A stretch of DNA of 64,000 bases from Candidatus Acetothermia bacterium. Lineage in GTDB: Bacteria; Bipolaricaulota; Bipolaricaulia; RBG-16-55-9; DRXL01. Of the stretch, positions 42,632-51,421 are shown piece after piece. The number at the start of each line of letters is the position of its first letter. The stretch's first letter is position 1. The position numbers and the translations under genes were made by a program. The notes below the pieces were generated by a model. It was not told the origin of the DNA and ran no database searches. It saw nothing but the letters and a program-made list of their open reading frames with translations. Location of the stretch: the NCBI GenBank assembly GCA_016179105.1, contig JACOSB010000120.1:489-64488 (forward strand). The letters are read 5' to 3'.

Positions 42632-43594
42632 ATGCAAACGCTATTACTCACTCGCTCTGAAGTAGCGCAGTTGCTCGATCCAATGGCGCTTTTGCCAGAA
42701 TTGCGAAAGGCATTCGAAAACTATTCGCGCGAGCGCACGGGTCCCGCGCAGAAAGTGCGCGCGCTGCTCCCCGCGCCGGGCAACGCGCATATTTTGGTTC
42801 CGGGTTTGGCTCCAGGCATTCCCGCATACTCCGTGAAAGTGAACGCAAAATATCCAAATGAGAGGCCGGCGATTCGCGGCATCTTGCATCTGCATGATTT
42901 GCAGACAGGAACATTGCTCGCGTTGATGGATGCTACGTACATCACAGCGGCGCGTACCGGGCTCACGGGCGTGCTAGCGACCGATCTGTTGGCTCGCAAA
43001 GACGCGCGATCAGTCGCGATCATCGGTGCGGGTGTACAGGGAGAGTTTCATCTAAGATACTTGGCGCTGCTGCGCTCTCTCCAGCGAGCGTCTGTCTATG
43101 ACATCGTGCCGGAACGCGCGGCTGCGTTCGCTGTACGAATGTCTTCAGAATTAAGATTCCCTGTAGTAGCCCACGAATCGCTTCAAGTTGCCGTCAAAGA
43201 TGCTGATATTATCATCACGGCGACCTGGGCGGAGAAATCGTTCCTTATACCTGAAATGGCGAAAAAGGGAACCCATCTCACTACGGTCGGTCCCGACGAG
43301 CCGGGGAAGTGCGAAATCGATGCCTCGCTCATCAAACAATCGCTCTTTGTCTGTGATGACCGGGAACTCGCGGTGCAGATCGGTGCGATTGGCGGAGCCG
43401 GTCTCGGCCCGGAGGCGATCCATGCCGAGCTGGGCGAAGTGCTTGCGGGAACGAAGCTAGGACGGACTCATCCAGAACAGATCACGATCTTCGGCAGCGT
43501 GGGCTTGCCGTTCCAAGACTTAGTTGCTGCTTGGCAGGTTTATCGAGCAGCTCAAGAAAAAAATATCGGGCGTCGGTTAGATTTTTTAGACTGA
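42632..43594 (+). CDS. ornithine cyclodeaminase / mu-crystallin family NAD-dependent enzyme
   Basis: 320 aa. Rossmann motif VAIIGAGVQGEFHL. Family-typical N-terminus (SEVAQLLDPMALLPELRKAF). Confidence 0.7.
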   Translation: MQTLLLTRSEVAQLLDPMALLPELRKAFENYSRERTGPAQKVRALLPAPGNAHILVPGLAPGIPAYSVKVNAKYPNERPAIRGILHLHDLQTGTLLALMDATYITAARTGLTGVLATDLLARKDARSVAIIGAGVQGEFHLRYLALLRSLQRASVYDIVPERAAAFAVRMSSELRFPVVAHESLQVAVKDADIIITATWAEKSFLIPEMAKKGTHLTTVGPDEPGKCEIDASLIKQSLFVCDDRELAVQIGAIGGAGLGPEAIHAELGEVLAGTKLGRTHPEQITIFGSVGLPFQDLVAAWQVYRAAQEKNIGRRLDFLD

Positions 43595-43639
43595 GTTACT
43601 CTGTAAAATAGCAGATCAGAAAATTGTAAGGGAGGAGCT

Positions 43640-44695
43640 TTGATGGAGACAATCCAATTGATGGAAAAACTCTCGAATGCCTTCGGCGTGGCGGGCTTCG
43701 AGCACGAAGTACGCACAGAAATTGAGAAGTTAGTAAAACCATTGTCTGACGAAACACGGGTCGATGCCCTGGGAAATCTTATTGCGACCCGCAAGGGCAA
43801 AGACGGTTTTACGCTTATGCTCGACGCGCACATGGACGAAGTCGGTTTGATCGTCAGTTACGTCGAAGAACGAGGCTTCTTGAGGTTCGCGACGCTCGGC
43901 GGCTGGGATGCGCGCGTCTTGCCCGCTCAAGTCGTACAAGTGCAGACGAGGTCCGGGAAAAAATCTACCGGCGTGATCGGATGCCTTCCGCCGCATGTGC
44001 TCAAGCCCGAAGACCGTGAAAAGCCCTTCAAGATCGAAGACCTTTTTATTGACATCGGGGCTGAGTCAATCGAAGAGGCCACGGGAATGGGAGTACGGAT
44101 CGGCGATCCGGCGGTGCCCTTCTATCCCTTCACGCAGCTCACAGAAAATCTCATCGGGGGGAAAGCCTTCGATGACCGCGCGGGCTGCGCCGTGATGATT
44201 CGTGTGCTCGAAGCGCTCAAGAATGCTAAGCTGGACTTAACGCTTGTCTGTAACTTTGCCGTGGCTGAAGAGATCGGGGCGCGCGGAGCGCGTACAGCCG
44301 CGTATCAGGTCAAGCCCGACCTCGCGCTGGCGCTCGAGGGCACGATCGGGGCCGATGTGCCCGGAGTGGCTCCCTCGCGTCAGCCGACAGGGTTGGGGAA
44401 AGGACCGGCGATCACGATCGTGGACAACTCGCTGGTGGCCAGTCGTCGCGTCGTCGAAGCTCTGGAGAAATTGGCGGAGAAAACTAAGATGGCTTATCAA
44501 TACAAACTCCCGATCTACGGCGGGACGGACGCTGGGGGCATTCACACGACGGGCGCGGGCGTCGAGAGCGGGGTTCTCTCCGTGCCGTGTCGCTACATTC
44601 ACTCGCAATTCAGTCTGATGCGTCTCGATGATTTTGAGCAGACGGCAAAACTCGCGACAGAATTCGCGCAAAACAGCCGAGCGATGCTGGGATGA
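43640..44695 (+). CDS. M42-family metallo-aminopeptidase (FrvX/glutamyl aminopeptidase-like)
   Basis: LSNAFGVAGFEHEVR N-terminus, HMDEVGLIV, and FAVAEEIGARGA motifs of M42 peptidases. Confidence 0.8.
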   Translation: MMETIQLMEKLSNAFGVAGFEHEVRTEIEKLVKPLSDETRVDALGNLIATRKGKDGFTLMLDAHMDEVGLIVSYVEERGFLRFATLGGWDARVLPAQVVQVQTRSGKKSTGVIGCLPPHVLKPEDREKPFKIEDLFIDIGAESIEEATGMGVRIGDPAVPFYPFTQLTENLIGGKAFDDRAGCAVMIRVLEALKNAKLDLTLVCNFAVAEEIGARGARTAAYQVKPDLALALEGTIGADVPGVAPSRQPTGLGKGPAITIVDNSLVASRRVVEALEKLAEKTKMAYQYKLPIYGGTDAGGIHTTGAGVESGVLSVPCRYIHSQFSLMRLDDFEQTAKLATEFAQNSRAMLG

Positions 44696-44820
44696 GAGAT
44701 CAGACCGATGCTCATCCGCGAGCCATTTGACTTGGAACAGTGAGTTCGGATAGGATCGGCTAAGAATCTCCTTATAGGGAAAATATCCGAGGAGATTCAC
44801 ATCGGAGGAGGTTTTTCATC

Positions 44821-45183
44821 ATGCGTGTCGTGTTGTGTGCACTGTTGGTGATCGTGGCGATTGTGTGTGTCAATGTCGATAGCTGGGCCGTTTCCATTAG
44901 ACCCGAAGAAGTGAAATGCCGCCTGAAGGGAGACCCGTTGTTGTTCGGAGCGGCTTCTTTCTTTGTGCCGGGATTGGGACAATTCTTCAATGGCCAAGAT
45001 GGCAAAGGAATCACCCATCTCGTCGTGGCGATCATCCTGCCGGCGGCAGTGGCCTACATTGCCTACATACTTGTGCCGATTTCCCCGTTGGCTTTTGCCG
45101 CTCCCTCCTTGATCTATCTGGTATGGGCGCTGTATAGCGCCCTCGATGCCTATAACATAGCGGCAGAGTATTGCAAGGCTTGA
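44821..45183 (+). CDS. small membrane protein (2-3 TM), unknown function
   Basis: RBS ggaggagg. Hydrophobic segments. The stop overlaps the left copy of a 36-bp direct repeat. Confidence 0.4.
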   Translation: MRVVLCALLVIVAIVCVNVDSWAVSIRPEEVKCRLKGDPLLFGAASFFVPGLGQFFNGQDGKGITHLVVAIILPAAVAYIAYILVPISPLAFAAPSLIYLVWALYSALDAYNIAAEYCKA

Positions 45184-45208
45184 GCTCCGACACCGTGTCG
45201 ATCCAGAG
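45173..45208. repeat. 36-bp imperfect direct repeat, copy 1 (gcaaggcttgagctccgacaccgtgtcgatccagag), partner at 47835..47870
   Basis: 33 of 36 nt identical to copy 2, which lies inside the ABC permease gene 3' region. Confidence 0.6.
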
Positions 45209-45313
45209 TTTGAGAATGGTGCTGGCCTTGCCGATCTTGTAGAGGGCAGCGGTGATCTCTTCGTCATCTCGCCAGACCCGGAAGGGACCGAGCAATTGAA
45301 TGCGTAAGCTCAC
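45209..45313 (-). pseudogene. N-terminal fragment (~35 codons) of a SARP-family regulator fused to repeat-derived sequence
   Basis: MSLRIQLLGPFRVWRDDEEITAALYKIGKASTILK aligns with MGLDIRLLGPFRVLHDNQDITNEIRQIGKADVILK of gene 46721..47635. It then reads into LWIDTVSELKPC, encoded by the 36-bp repeat, which in copy 2 is permease coding sequence. Confidence 0.45.
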
Positions 45314-45363
45314 TTTTGGAATTGTAAGGGGGGAGAATTCGCTGAGAGCAAGTCAGGCTTCAC

Positions 45364-45714
45364 TTAGATGAATTTGCGCTGGTTCATGATTTCTTCCGCA
45401 GTAAAGCGATCTAAGAATTCTAAAACCTTTTTGAGCAAAGGGCGAAATTCAGGCGTACTTGTCAGAACGATTCCATAATGCTCTTTGCTTTCACTGAGCC
45501 AGCGCTCATGGAGTTTGGCAAAGTCGGCAACATTGTGTGAGAAAATGGCCATCTTATGTTGGACAGCGTATTCTAGCTGTTCTTCGTCTTCCACTCCTTT
45601 GCGTTCCGTTTCTCTGGCAGTCGCAGCATCATAACCGTAGCGACGCAAAGCGGGGCCTAGTTTGTTGTCGACATTCTCGTCTATGAAGAGTGCGATGAAG
45701 AGCCGTTCCGCCAA
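45364..45714 (-). CDS. DUF5615 family protein (PIN-like putative toxin)
   Basis: 116 aa. Overlaps the upstream DUF433 gene by 34 nt. The DUF433-DUF5615 pairing is a recurrent putative TA arrangement. Confidence 0.6.
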   Translation of the reverse strand: MAERLFIALFIDENVDNKLGPALRRYGYDAATARETERKGVEDEEQLEYAVQHKMAIFSHNVADFAKLHERWLSESKEHYGIVLTSTPEFRPLLKKVLEFLDRFTAEEIMNQRKFI

Positions 45715-45962
45715 CGCTCCTCCGAGTTCTCTTCGAGGTCTTGGGTGATTTCTTCAATATGGTCAAACGCATAGCCGATGGCGTCCAAAATTTGGGATGG
45801 AGTTAGATGGCTATAAGCGCTTTGAATTTCTTCGATGGTCTCTCCGCCACGATAGCGCTTGAAGATCAACCAGATTGGGATGCGTGTGCCGACAATTACG
45901 GCCCTGCCCCCACAGACGCCCTTGCGCTTTTCCACATAAGGGTGTTTGATTTTTACAGCCAT
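45681..45962 (-). CDS. DUF433 family protein (putative antitoxin / HTH-like)
   Basis: VCGGRAVIVGTRIPIWLIFKRYRGGETIEEIQSAYSHLTPSQILDAIGYA is the characteristic DUF433 core. Confidence 0.65.
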   Translation of the reverse strand: MAVKIKHPYVEKRKGVCGGRAVIVGTRIPIWLIFKRYRGGETIEEIQSAYSHLTPSQILDAIGYAFDHIEEITQDLEENSEERWRNGSSSHSS

Positions 45963-46184
45963 GACAGACCACCAATCTCATGATGAGAGAAACGAGATCA
46001 TACGTAACCAGTCTAGCGATTTTGATTCACTATTGTCAATCGCCGGATTAAAAGCCGTTGTATGAGAGAGAAAGATAGTGTCATCCGATCCGTAAAGTCG
46101 GCGCAAATCTCAGCGCAAAATAACGAGCTTCTTGACCTCGCTCTTGACAATTGTACTGTCCTCACGGCTTACATAGTAGAGCTA

Positions 46185-46718
46185 TCATGGACAGCCTGAG
46201 CCTTGAGTCACGGTCTGAGTCACGGTATTGCTGGAAATACCGGTCGTATCATCGACAACCCAGAGTTGAGAAGTGCCTACAGGTGTAGCACAGGTGCTGG
46301 TGAAGTCCCAACTGATATTGCCATTACTGTCGGCACTGATTGCTGGAGTCAAGATGATCTCTTGGCCGTTAGGCTTCAGCAGGTGTCGAGTTACAGTTCG
46401 GTTGGGAGTGAAGCCGCTACCGTTGGTGCGGAAGGTCGTACCCTGAGAACCTGCACTCGGGGTGATGGTGATTAAGGGGGCACAACCTGGTCCAAGAGTG
46501 ACTGTCTCAGTGATGACATTACTCTGTAGGTTCTTGCCCACATCGAGAGTCCAGACTTGATAGGTGCCAGGTTGTCCTAAAGGATCGTCGCATGGAGGAG
46601 AATAGTCCCAACTGATGTTGCCGTTGGGGTCAGCGGTGATGGCTGGGATCTCTTGCGGATTCTTGCCAGACGGTTGAACGAAGCGACGGACACTCCCGTT
46701 GGAGGTAAACTTGTTTCC
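46185..46718 (-). pseudogene. start-less ORF encoding two tandem ~85-aa Ig-like repeats (NGNISWD...C...G..QxW..D....N.VT.TVT.G.GC), probable gene remnant
   Basis: A continuous reading frame runs from directly after the stop of gene 46721..47635 to 46185. There is no ATG/GTG near the 5' end and no signal peptide. The ORF-track 46185..46541 covers only its second half. Confidence 0.3.
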
Positions 46719-46720
46719 TG

Positions 46721-47635
46721 TTAATGGGCTCGCTGTAGCGCGTCCATGAGCTGGGCATACTCGTGCTTTCGACCCACAAACGGGACGCTCCCCGGCGAGA
46801 GCGCGTATGGAAACTCTATCGCTTGTGAGGACGGAGGGGGTCGGTCTACTTCAGGCACGTGGCCTGCTCGAATCTGTTCGTACAATTGCTTGATCTCGGG
46901 CGTAGGATCTGTTGCCAGCTCTTCCTTGAGCATCTTCACGCACTGCTCATAGGTGCGCGGCGCCTCGGCCTGATCCCCCGCAAGATAGTAGTACAGCATG
47001 AGCTGGCGATGGGTACTCTCTCGGAATTTTTCAAGCCGCAAGACATGACGATAGCATTCAATCGCGCGCCGGTACTGCCCTGAATGAACGTAGCAGTTTG
47101 CTAATTGTTTCAACAGATCGAGATGGGTCTCTTGCCATTTCTCGCGTACTGGGATGGCCCATTCTTCGGTGCGATCTTCGATCAAGTACTCTCCATCATG
47201 AGCTGAGCGGAGCGCGGTTTCGTAAGCATCAATGGCGGGAGAGATTTGTCCTTGATTCTGTAATTTTCGAGCCCGCTCATAATGCTGAAGGTATTCTTGG
47301 AAGTCGATCCTGCATTCGACCTTGGAGTTCCAGTAATAGCCCTGAGGTCTCTTGAGGAGAATGTAACGAGATTGGCCAAATTTTTTGAGCGAGGGCTCCA
47401 AGATCTTACGAAGCTTGCTGATGCGTTTGTAAAGATTCCCTTTTGCTTTTTTGAGATCAGTATGATGGTTCCAGAGAGCGTCGATGAGGTCTTCTATGCC
47501 AACAATTTGACCAGGCTGATTGAGTAATAGCTTCAGGATGACATCTGCTTTGCCGATCTGACGGATTTCATTTGTAATATCTTGATTGTCGTGCAGGACT
47601 CGGAAAGGTCCCAGCAGTCGAATATCCAAACCCAT
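46721..47635 (-). CDS. truncated SARP-family regulator (wHTH + BTAD only; NB-ARC/TPR portion absent)
   Basis: 304 aa collinear with the N-terminal ~300 aa of regulators A and B (LLGPFRV..., DTEEF.., YLAGDQAEA...). Ends at ...FVGRKHEYAQLMDALQRAH*, just before where the Walker A would follow. Confidence 0.65.
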   Translation of the reverse strand: MGLDIRLLGPFRVLHDNQDITNEIRQIGKADVILKLLLNQPGQIVGIEDLIDALWNHHTDLKKAKGNLYKRISKLRKILEPSLKKFGQSRYILLKRPQGYYWNSKVECRIDFQEYLQHYERARKLQNQGQISPAIDAYETALRSAHDGEYLIEDRTEEWAIPVREKWQETHLDLLKQLANCYVHSGQYRRAIECYRHVLRLEKFRESTHRQLMLYYYLAGDQAEAPRTYEQCVKMLKEELATDPTPEIKQLYEQIRAGHVPEVDRPPPSSQAIEFPYALSPGSVPFVGRKHEYAQLMDALQRAH

Positions 47636-47716
47636 CCCGCACTCTCCCCAAAGAAGTTTCTGTCATTGTAACGGGGAGAGTGCGGCAAAGACAAGTTGGA
47701 TTGTATAAATTGCAAG

Positions 47717-48670
47717 TTATTCTCTTCGGTACGGTTGCCCGCTCTGCTTGGGGAAGCGCGCGTGCCCGATCGCAACTGCCACGACCGCAAGCGTCGCGAT
47801 GTACGGGAGCATCTTCACAAAGTTATGGAAGGCAAAGGGCAAGCACGGCTTGAGCTCCGAGACCGTGTCGATCCAAAGCGCGAGCGTGTCGAAGACGCCA
47901 AAGAGAAAGCCACCCAAGAGCGCGAGCAACGGATTCAATCCACTAAAAACGACGTTCGCGAGCGCGATGAAGCCGCGCCCCGCTGAGAGCTCTTTGGTGA
48001 TTGTGCTCAGCCAGTCAATACTGAGATATGCTCCCCCAAGTCCCGCGAGCGAGGCGCCGTAGATCACCGCGAAGAAGCGTGTGCGCTCTACAGAAATTCC
48101 GGCCACATCCGTCGCTTCCGGGTTCTCGCCCACAGCTTTGACGCGTAACCCCAGCACGGTCTTGTTCAATAAGAACCAAGTCAAGATCGCGATCAGAATC
48201 GTCGCCGGGATGAGCGGGCTGAGATCGCCTAAGGGCGTCTGCAGGGCCGGCACGCGCGCGGCCGGCGGCGCTTGGTGATAGCCCGCTGACTTCCAGACCG
48301 CCATGATGCCAAACGCGACGAACCCCAACGCAAAGAGATTGATCCCAATCCCGCTGATGACTTGGTCGCCTTTGAGCGGGATTGCGATCAGACCATGAAT
48401 CCAGCCGATGAGCGCCCCCGTGCCCAGGCCCGCCAGAAGGCCGATCCAGGGACTAGACGTCACTTCCGCGGCCCACAACGACGTGAACGCACTGATAAGT
48501 AGAATGCCTTCGAGGCCAATGTTGACGATGCCAGATTTTTCACTGAAAACTTCGCCGACGCTGGTCAGCGTGATCGGGACCATCGCGATGAGCGCCAGCC
48601 TCAGCAAGTCCGGCGCGGAGTTCCATAAGAGCGACAAGAATCCGACGAAATTGACAGTACACTCTTGCAT
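47717..48670 (-). CDS. BMP-family (nucleoside/simple-sugar type) ABC transporter permease, second permease
   Basis: The start was trimmed to the internal Met (MQECTVNFVGFLSLLW...) that lies 5 nt after the stop of the upstream permease. The 145-aa Arg-rich N-terminal extension in the ORF track is spurious. Confidence 0.7.
   Translation of the reverse strand: MQECTVNFVGFLSLLWNSAPDLLRLALIAMVPITLTSVGEVFSEKSGIVNIGLEGILLISAFTSLWAAEVTSSPWIGLLAGLGTGALIGWIHGLIAIPLKGDQVISGIGINLFALGFVAFGIMAVWKSAGYHQAPPAARVPALQTPLGDLSPLIPATILIAILTWFLLNKTVLGLRVKAVGENPEATDVAGISVERTRFFAVIYGASLAGLGGAYLSIDWLSTITKELSAGRGFIALANVVFSGLNPLLALLGGFLFGVFDTLALWIDTVSELKPCLPFAFHNFVKMLPYIATLAVVAVAIGHARFPKQSGQPYRRE
47835..47870. repeat. 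36-bp imperfect direct repeat, copy 2 (gcacggcttgagctccgagaccgtgtcgatccaaag)
   Basis: Lies inside the permease CDS and encodes LWIDTVSELKPC on the minus strand. Confidence 0.6.
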
Positions 48671-48675
48671 GGCGT

Positions 48676-49806
48676 TCAACCTCGCTTGCGCCGGAAAATC
48701 TTGAAAATACTCAATAATTCGGGAATCGCGAGCGTCAGGATGATCGCGCCCTGCACGACGCGCACCATCTCCAAGGGCACTTGAGCGGCGATCTGCATCT
48801 GGTTCGAGCCGGCGGAGAGCCCGCCCATGAAGATCGCGGCCACGATCGCGCCCAACGGATGGTTGCGCCCGATGAGCGCGACCGCGATTCCGTCGAACCC
48901 CAAATTCATCACGTTCGAGAGGTCTTCGTAGAGCGCATAGGTCGGCGGCCGACCCAGGATCTGCGTCGCTCCGGCTAGTCCCGCCGCAAGACCTCCGAGC
49001 ACGAACGACGCGATCATCGTGCGGGTCGGTCGTATCCCGCCGTAGCGTGACGCATCGGGGTTGAGCCCGACCGCGCGAATCTCGTAACCCAAGGCCGTCT
49101 GCCACAGAATCCAGTAAATAATTCCCGCGAAGAGCACGCTAACCAGAAGCGAAGCCGTCAGGTCCATTCCCGGCAGGATGGGAAGGAGCCGTGCGCTCTG
49201 AGCGATGCTGATCGACTTCTCGGCACGGTTGGGGTCGACGAGCGCCGTCGCGATCAGATAGTAGGCCAGATAGCGCCCGACCCAGTTCAACATGATGGTT
49301 GAGATAACTTCGTGTACGCCGCGGGTCGCTTTCAACAGGGCGACGGGAAGACTCCAGAGCGCGCCAGCGATCAGTGCGAAGAGAATTGAAACAAGAACAT
49401 GCAAGCCCGGCGGGAGAGAGAAGAGACTGGCTGCGACCGCGGCCATGGCCCCAATATAGACTTGGCCCTCGGCTCCGATATTAAATAGCCCAGCCCGGAT
49501 GCCGATGGCAAACGTGAGCCCGGTTAAAATCAAGGGAGTCGCGTTGGTCAGAGTGTTGGTCAGCTCGTAGAGGCCATATATGACCCCCGTCTCTTTGCAA
49601 GCATCGATGCCTTGTGAGAGTAAACATGAGAGGGCTTTCCCTATCGAGCCGAAATCTCCGAAGGCGCCTTGAAAGAGAGCAAGGTATGCTTTTACAGGGT
49701 CATACTTCCACAAGAGCATGAGAACAGCGCCGATTCCGAAACCCAAGAGCGCCGCGAAAAGCCCTTCGACCAAGGGCTTAAACCAGCCCCAGAGCTTGGT
49801 CCTCAT
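48676..49806 (-). CDS. BMP-family ABC transporter permease, first permease
   Basis: 376 aa, 8-10 TM. Overlaps the ATPase gene stop by 4 nt. Confidence 0.75.
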   Translation of the reverse strand: MRTKLWGWFKPLVEGLFAALLGFGIGAVLMLLWKYDPVKAYLALFQGAFGDFGSIGKALSCLLSQGIDACKETGVIYGLYELTNTLTNATPLILTGLTFAIGIRAGLFNIGAEGQVYIGAMAAVAASLFSLPPGLHVLVSILFALIAGALWSLPVALLKATRGVHEVISTIMLNWVGRYLAYYLIATALVDPNRAEKSISIAQSARLLPILPGMDLTASLLVSVLFAGIIYWILWQTALGYEIRAVGLNPDASRYGGIRPTRTMIASFVLGGLAAGLAGATQILGRPPTYALYEDLSNVMNLGFDGIAVALIGRNHPLGAIVAAIFMGGLSAGSNQMQIAAQVPLEMVRVVQGAIILTLAIPELLSIFKIFRRKRG

Positions 49807-51356
49807 CGCGCGGCCTCACCCACCGGTGCGGCCAGCGCACTCACGCCCCCCATCATAAGTCCGATGCGCTCACGATCCAGCTCTTCGGGCTTGGCCACGC
49901 CCATGAATTTCCCCTCGTACATGACAGCAATACGATCGCTCAATTGAAAGATCTCTTCCAAATCAGCCGAGACTAATAAGACGGCCTTGCCCTCATCGCG
50001 CAAATGAACTAATTGATCGCGAATGTATTGCGTCGCAGAAATATCTAATCCTCGGGTCGGCTGAGCCGCCACCACTAAGCTAGGTTGCTTGTCGAACTCG
50101 CGGGCGCAGACTAATTTTTGCTGATTGCCCCCGCTCAAGCTCTTGGCCGGCGCTTTTACATCGGAAGCGACGATGGAAAATTTTTTGATTAAATCCCACG
50201 TGTGGCTGCCCACTTTTCCCCACAGAATTTTTCCTAACCATCCATGAAAACGCTTTTCGCGGTGCACGCCCAAAATGCTGTTCTCGGACAACGAAAACTC
50301 TAGAATCATGCCCAGGCGCCGCCGGTCTTCGGGCACGTGCGCGAGCCCTTGTTGGTAGAGCTGGCGCGGGTTCTGCCCAGCGATATTTTTTTCGTTGATA
50401 GAAATCTCTCCGTGCTCGACGGGGCGCAAGCCCGTGATCGCTTCCACCAACTCCGTCTGACCATTGCCCTCGACTCCGGCGATTCCGAGAATCTCGCCGG
50501 CGTGCACAGCGAACGAAAGGTCTTCGATCGAATGCAGGCCCAAATTATCTTTGACTCTGAGATGCGAGACTTGCATGATGGCCGAGCCGATCTGGGTTGG
50601 CTTTTTCTCAATCGAGGGCAAGACGTCGTGTCCGATCATCATGCGCGCCAAAATTTCGGGCGTCGCCTCTGGAGTTGCTATCTGTCCGGCGTTTTGTCCC
50701 TGACGTAGCACTGTCACTCGATCGGTCACATCCAAAATTTCTTTAAGCTTGTGGGTGATCAAAATGATCGATTTGCCCGCGTCCCGAAGTGTACGAAGTG
50801 TCTTAAAAAAATCGTGGACTTCGACGGGAGTGAGCACGGCCGTCGGTTCGTCCAGAATCAACACATCGACGGAGCGATAGAGCATCTTAATGATTTCGAC
50901 GCGCTGCTGGACGCCCACGGCAAGCGACTCGGTGCGCGCATCCAAGGGAACCGAAAACCCTCCCGCGCGCATCATCTCTTCGACGCGCGCTCTGGCTTTG
51001 CTCATCTGAAGGCGCGAGAGATTCGAGCTGCCCTCTTGACCGAGCAAAATGTTTTCTAATGCGCTGAAGGTTGGGACGAGCGCGAAGTGCTGGTGGACCA
51101 TCCCGATGCCCGAGCGCAGTGCATCGGAGGGATTGCGAAAATTTTTGAGTTTCCCCCGGATAAAAATTTTCCCTTCGGTCGGTCGCAAAAGGCCTGAGAG
51201 AATTTTGGTCAGAGTCGATTTTCCGGCACCGTTCTCGCCCAAGAGCCCGTGGATCTCACCGCGGCGTAAGTCAAAATTCACACCCTTCAATGCAACGGTA
51301 CCGTCGGGATAGATTTTTTGGATCGACAGCATCTGAATTGCGAGAGATTCGCTCAT
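49803..51356 (-). CDS. ABC transporter ATP-binding protein with duplicated NBDs (BMP/nucleoside uptake type)
   Basis: Two Walker A motifs (GENGAGKST; GVEGNGQTE-like second domain). LSGG signature motifs. 517 aa. Confidence 0.85.
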   Translation of the reverse strand: MSESLAIQMLSIQKIYPDGTVALKGVNFDLRRGEIHGLLGENGAGKSTLTKILSGLLRPTEGKIFIRGKLKNFRNPSDALRSGIGMVHQHFALVPTFSALENILLGQEGSSNLSRLQMSKARARVEEMMRAGGFSVPLDARTESLAVGVQQRVEIIKMLYRSVDVLILDEPTAVLTPVEVHDFFKTLRTLRDAGKSIILITHKLKEILDVTDRVTVLRQGQNAGQIATPEATPEILARMMIGHDVLPSIEKKPTQIGSAIMQVSHLRVKDNLGLHSIEDLSFAVHAGEILGIAGVEGNGQTELVEAITGLRPVEHGEISINEKNIAGQNPRQLYQQGLAHVPEDRRRLGMILEFSLSENSILGVHREKRFHGWLGKILWGKVGSHTWDLIKKFSIVASDVKAPAKSLSGGNQQKLVCAREFDKQPSLVVAAQPTRGLDISATQYIRDQLVHLRDEGKAVLLVSADLEEIFQLSDRIAVMYEGKFMGVAKPEELDRERIGLMMGGVSALAAPVGEAAR

Positions 51357-51376
51357 GGTGTGTTTGCGAAAATTGT

Positions 51377-51404
51377 GTAGGGGCGCACAGCCGTGCGCCC
51401 CTAC
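51377..51404. repeat. GTAGGGGCGCAC-agcc-GTGCGCCCCTAC palindromic element variant
   Basis: Sits between the binding-protein gene and the ATPase gene of the ABC operon. 12-bp stem with the family termini GTAGGGGCG/CGCCCCTAC. Confidence 0.5.
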
Positions 51405-51421
51405 GGTGCGTTGGCGTCAGA

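Noticed and set aside
47717-49105. Long (462-aa) version of the second ABC permease with a 145-aa Arg/Asp-rich N-terminus
   Set aside because: The extension overlaps the upstream permease gene and is low-complexity. A Met (MQECTV...) lies 5 nt after the upstream stop and gives a normal-length permease. The start was trimmed to 48670.
10564-51404. Could the recurring GTAGGGGCGAGG...CCTCGCCCCTAC palindromes be a CRISPR array?
   Set aside because: Copies are dispersed over 40 kb with irregular spacing, are individually palindromic with variable loops, and have no repeat-spacer periodicity or cas genes. They are REP-like hairpin elements, not CRISPR.
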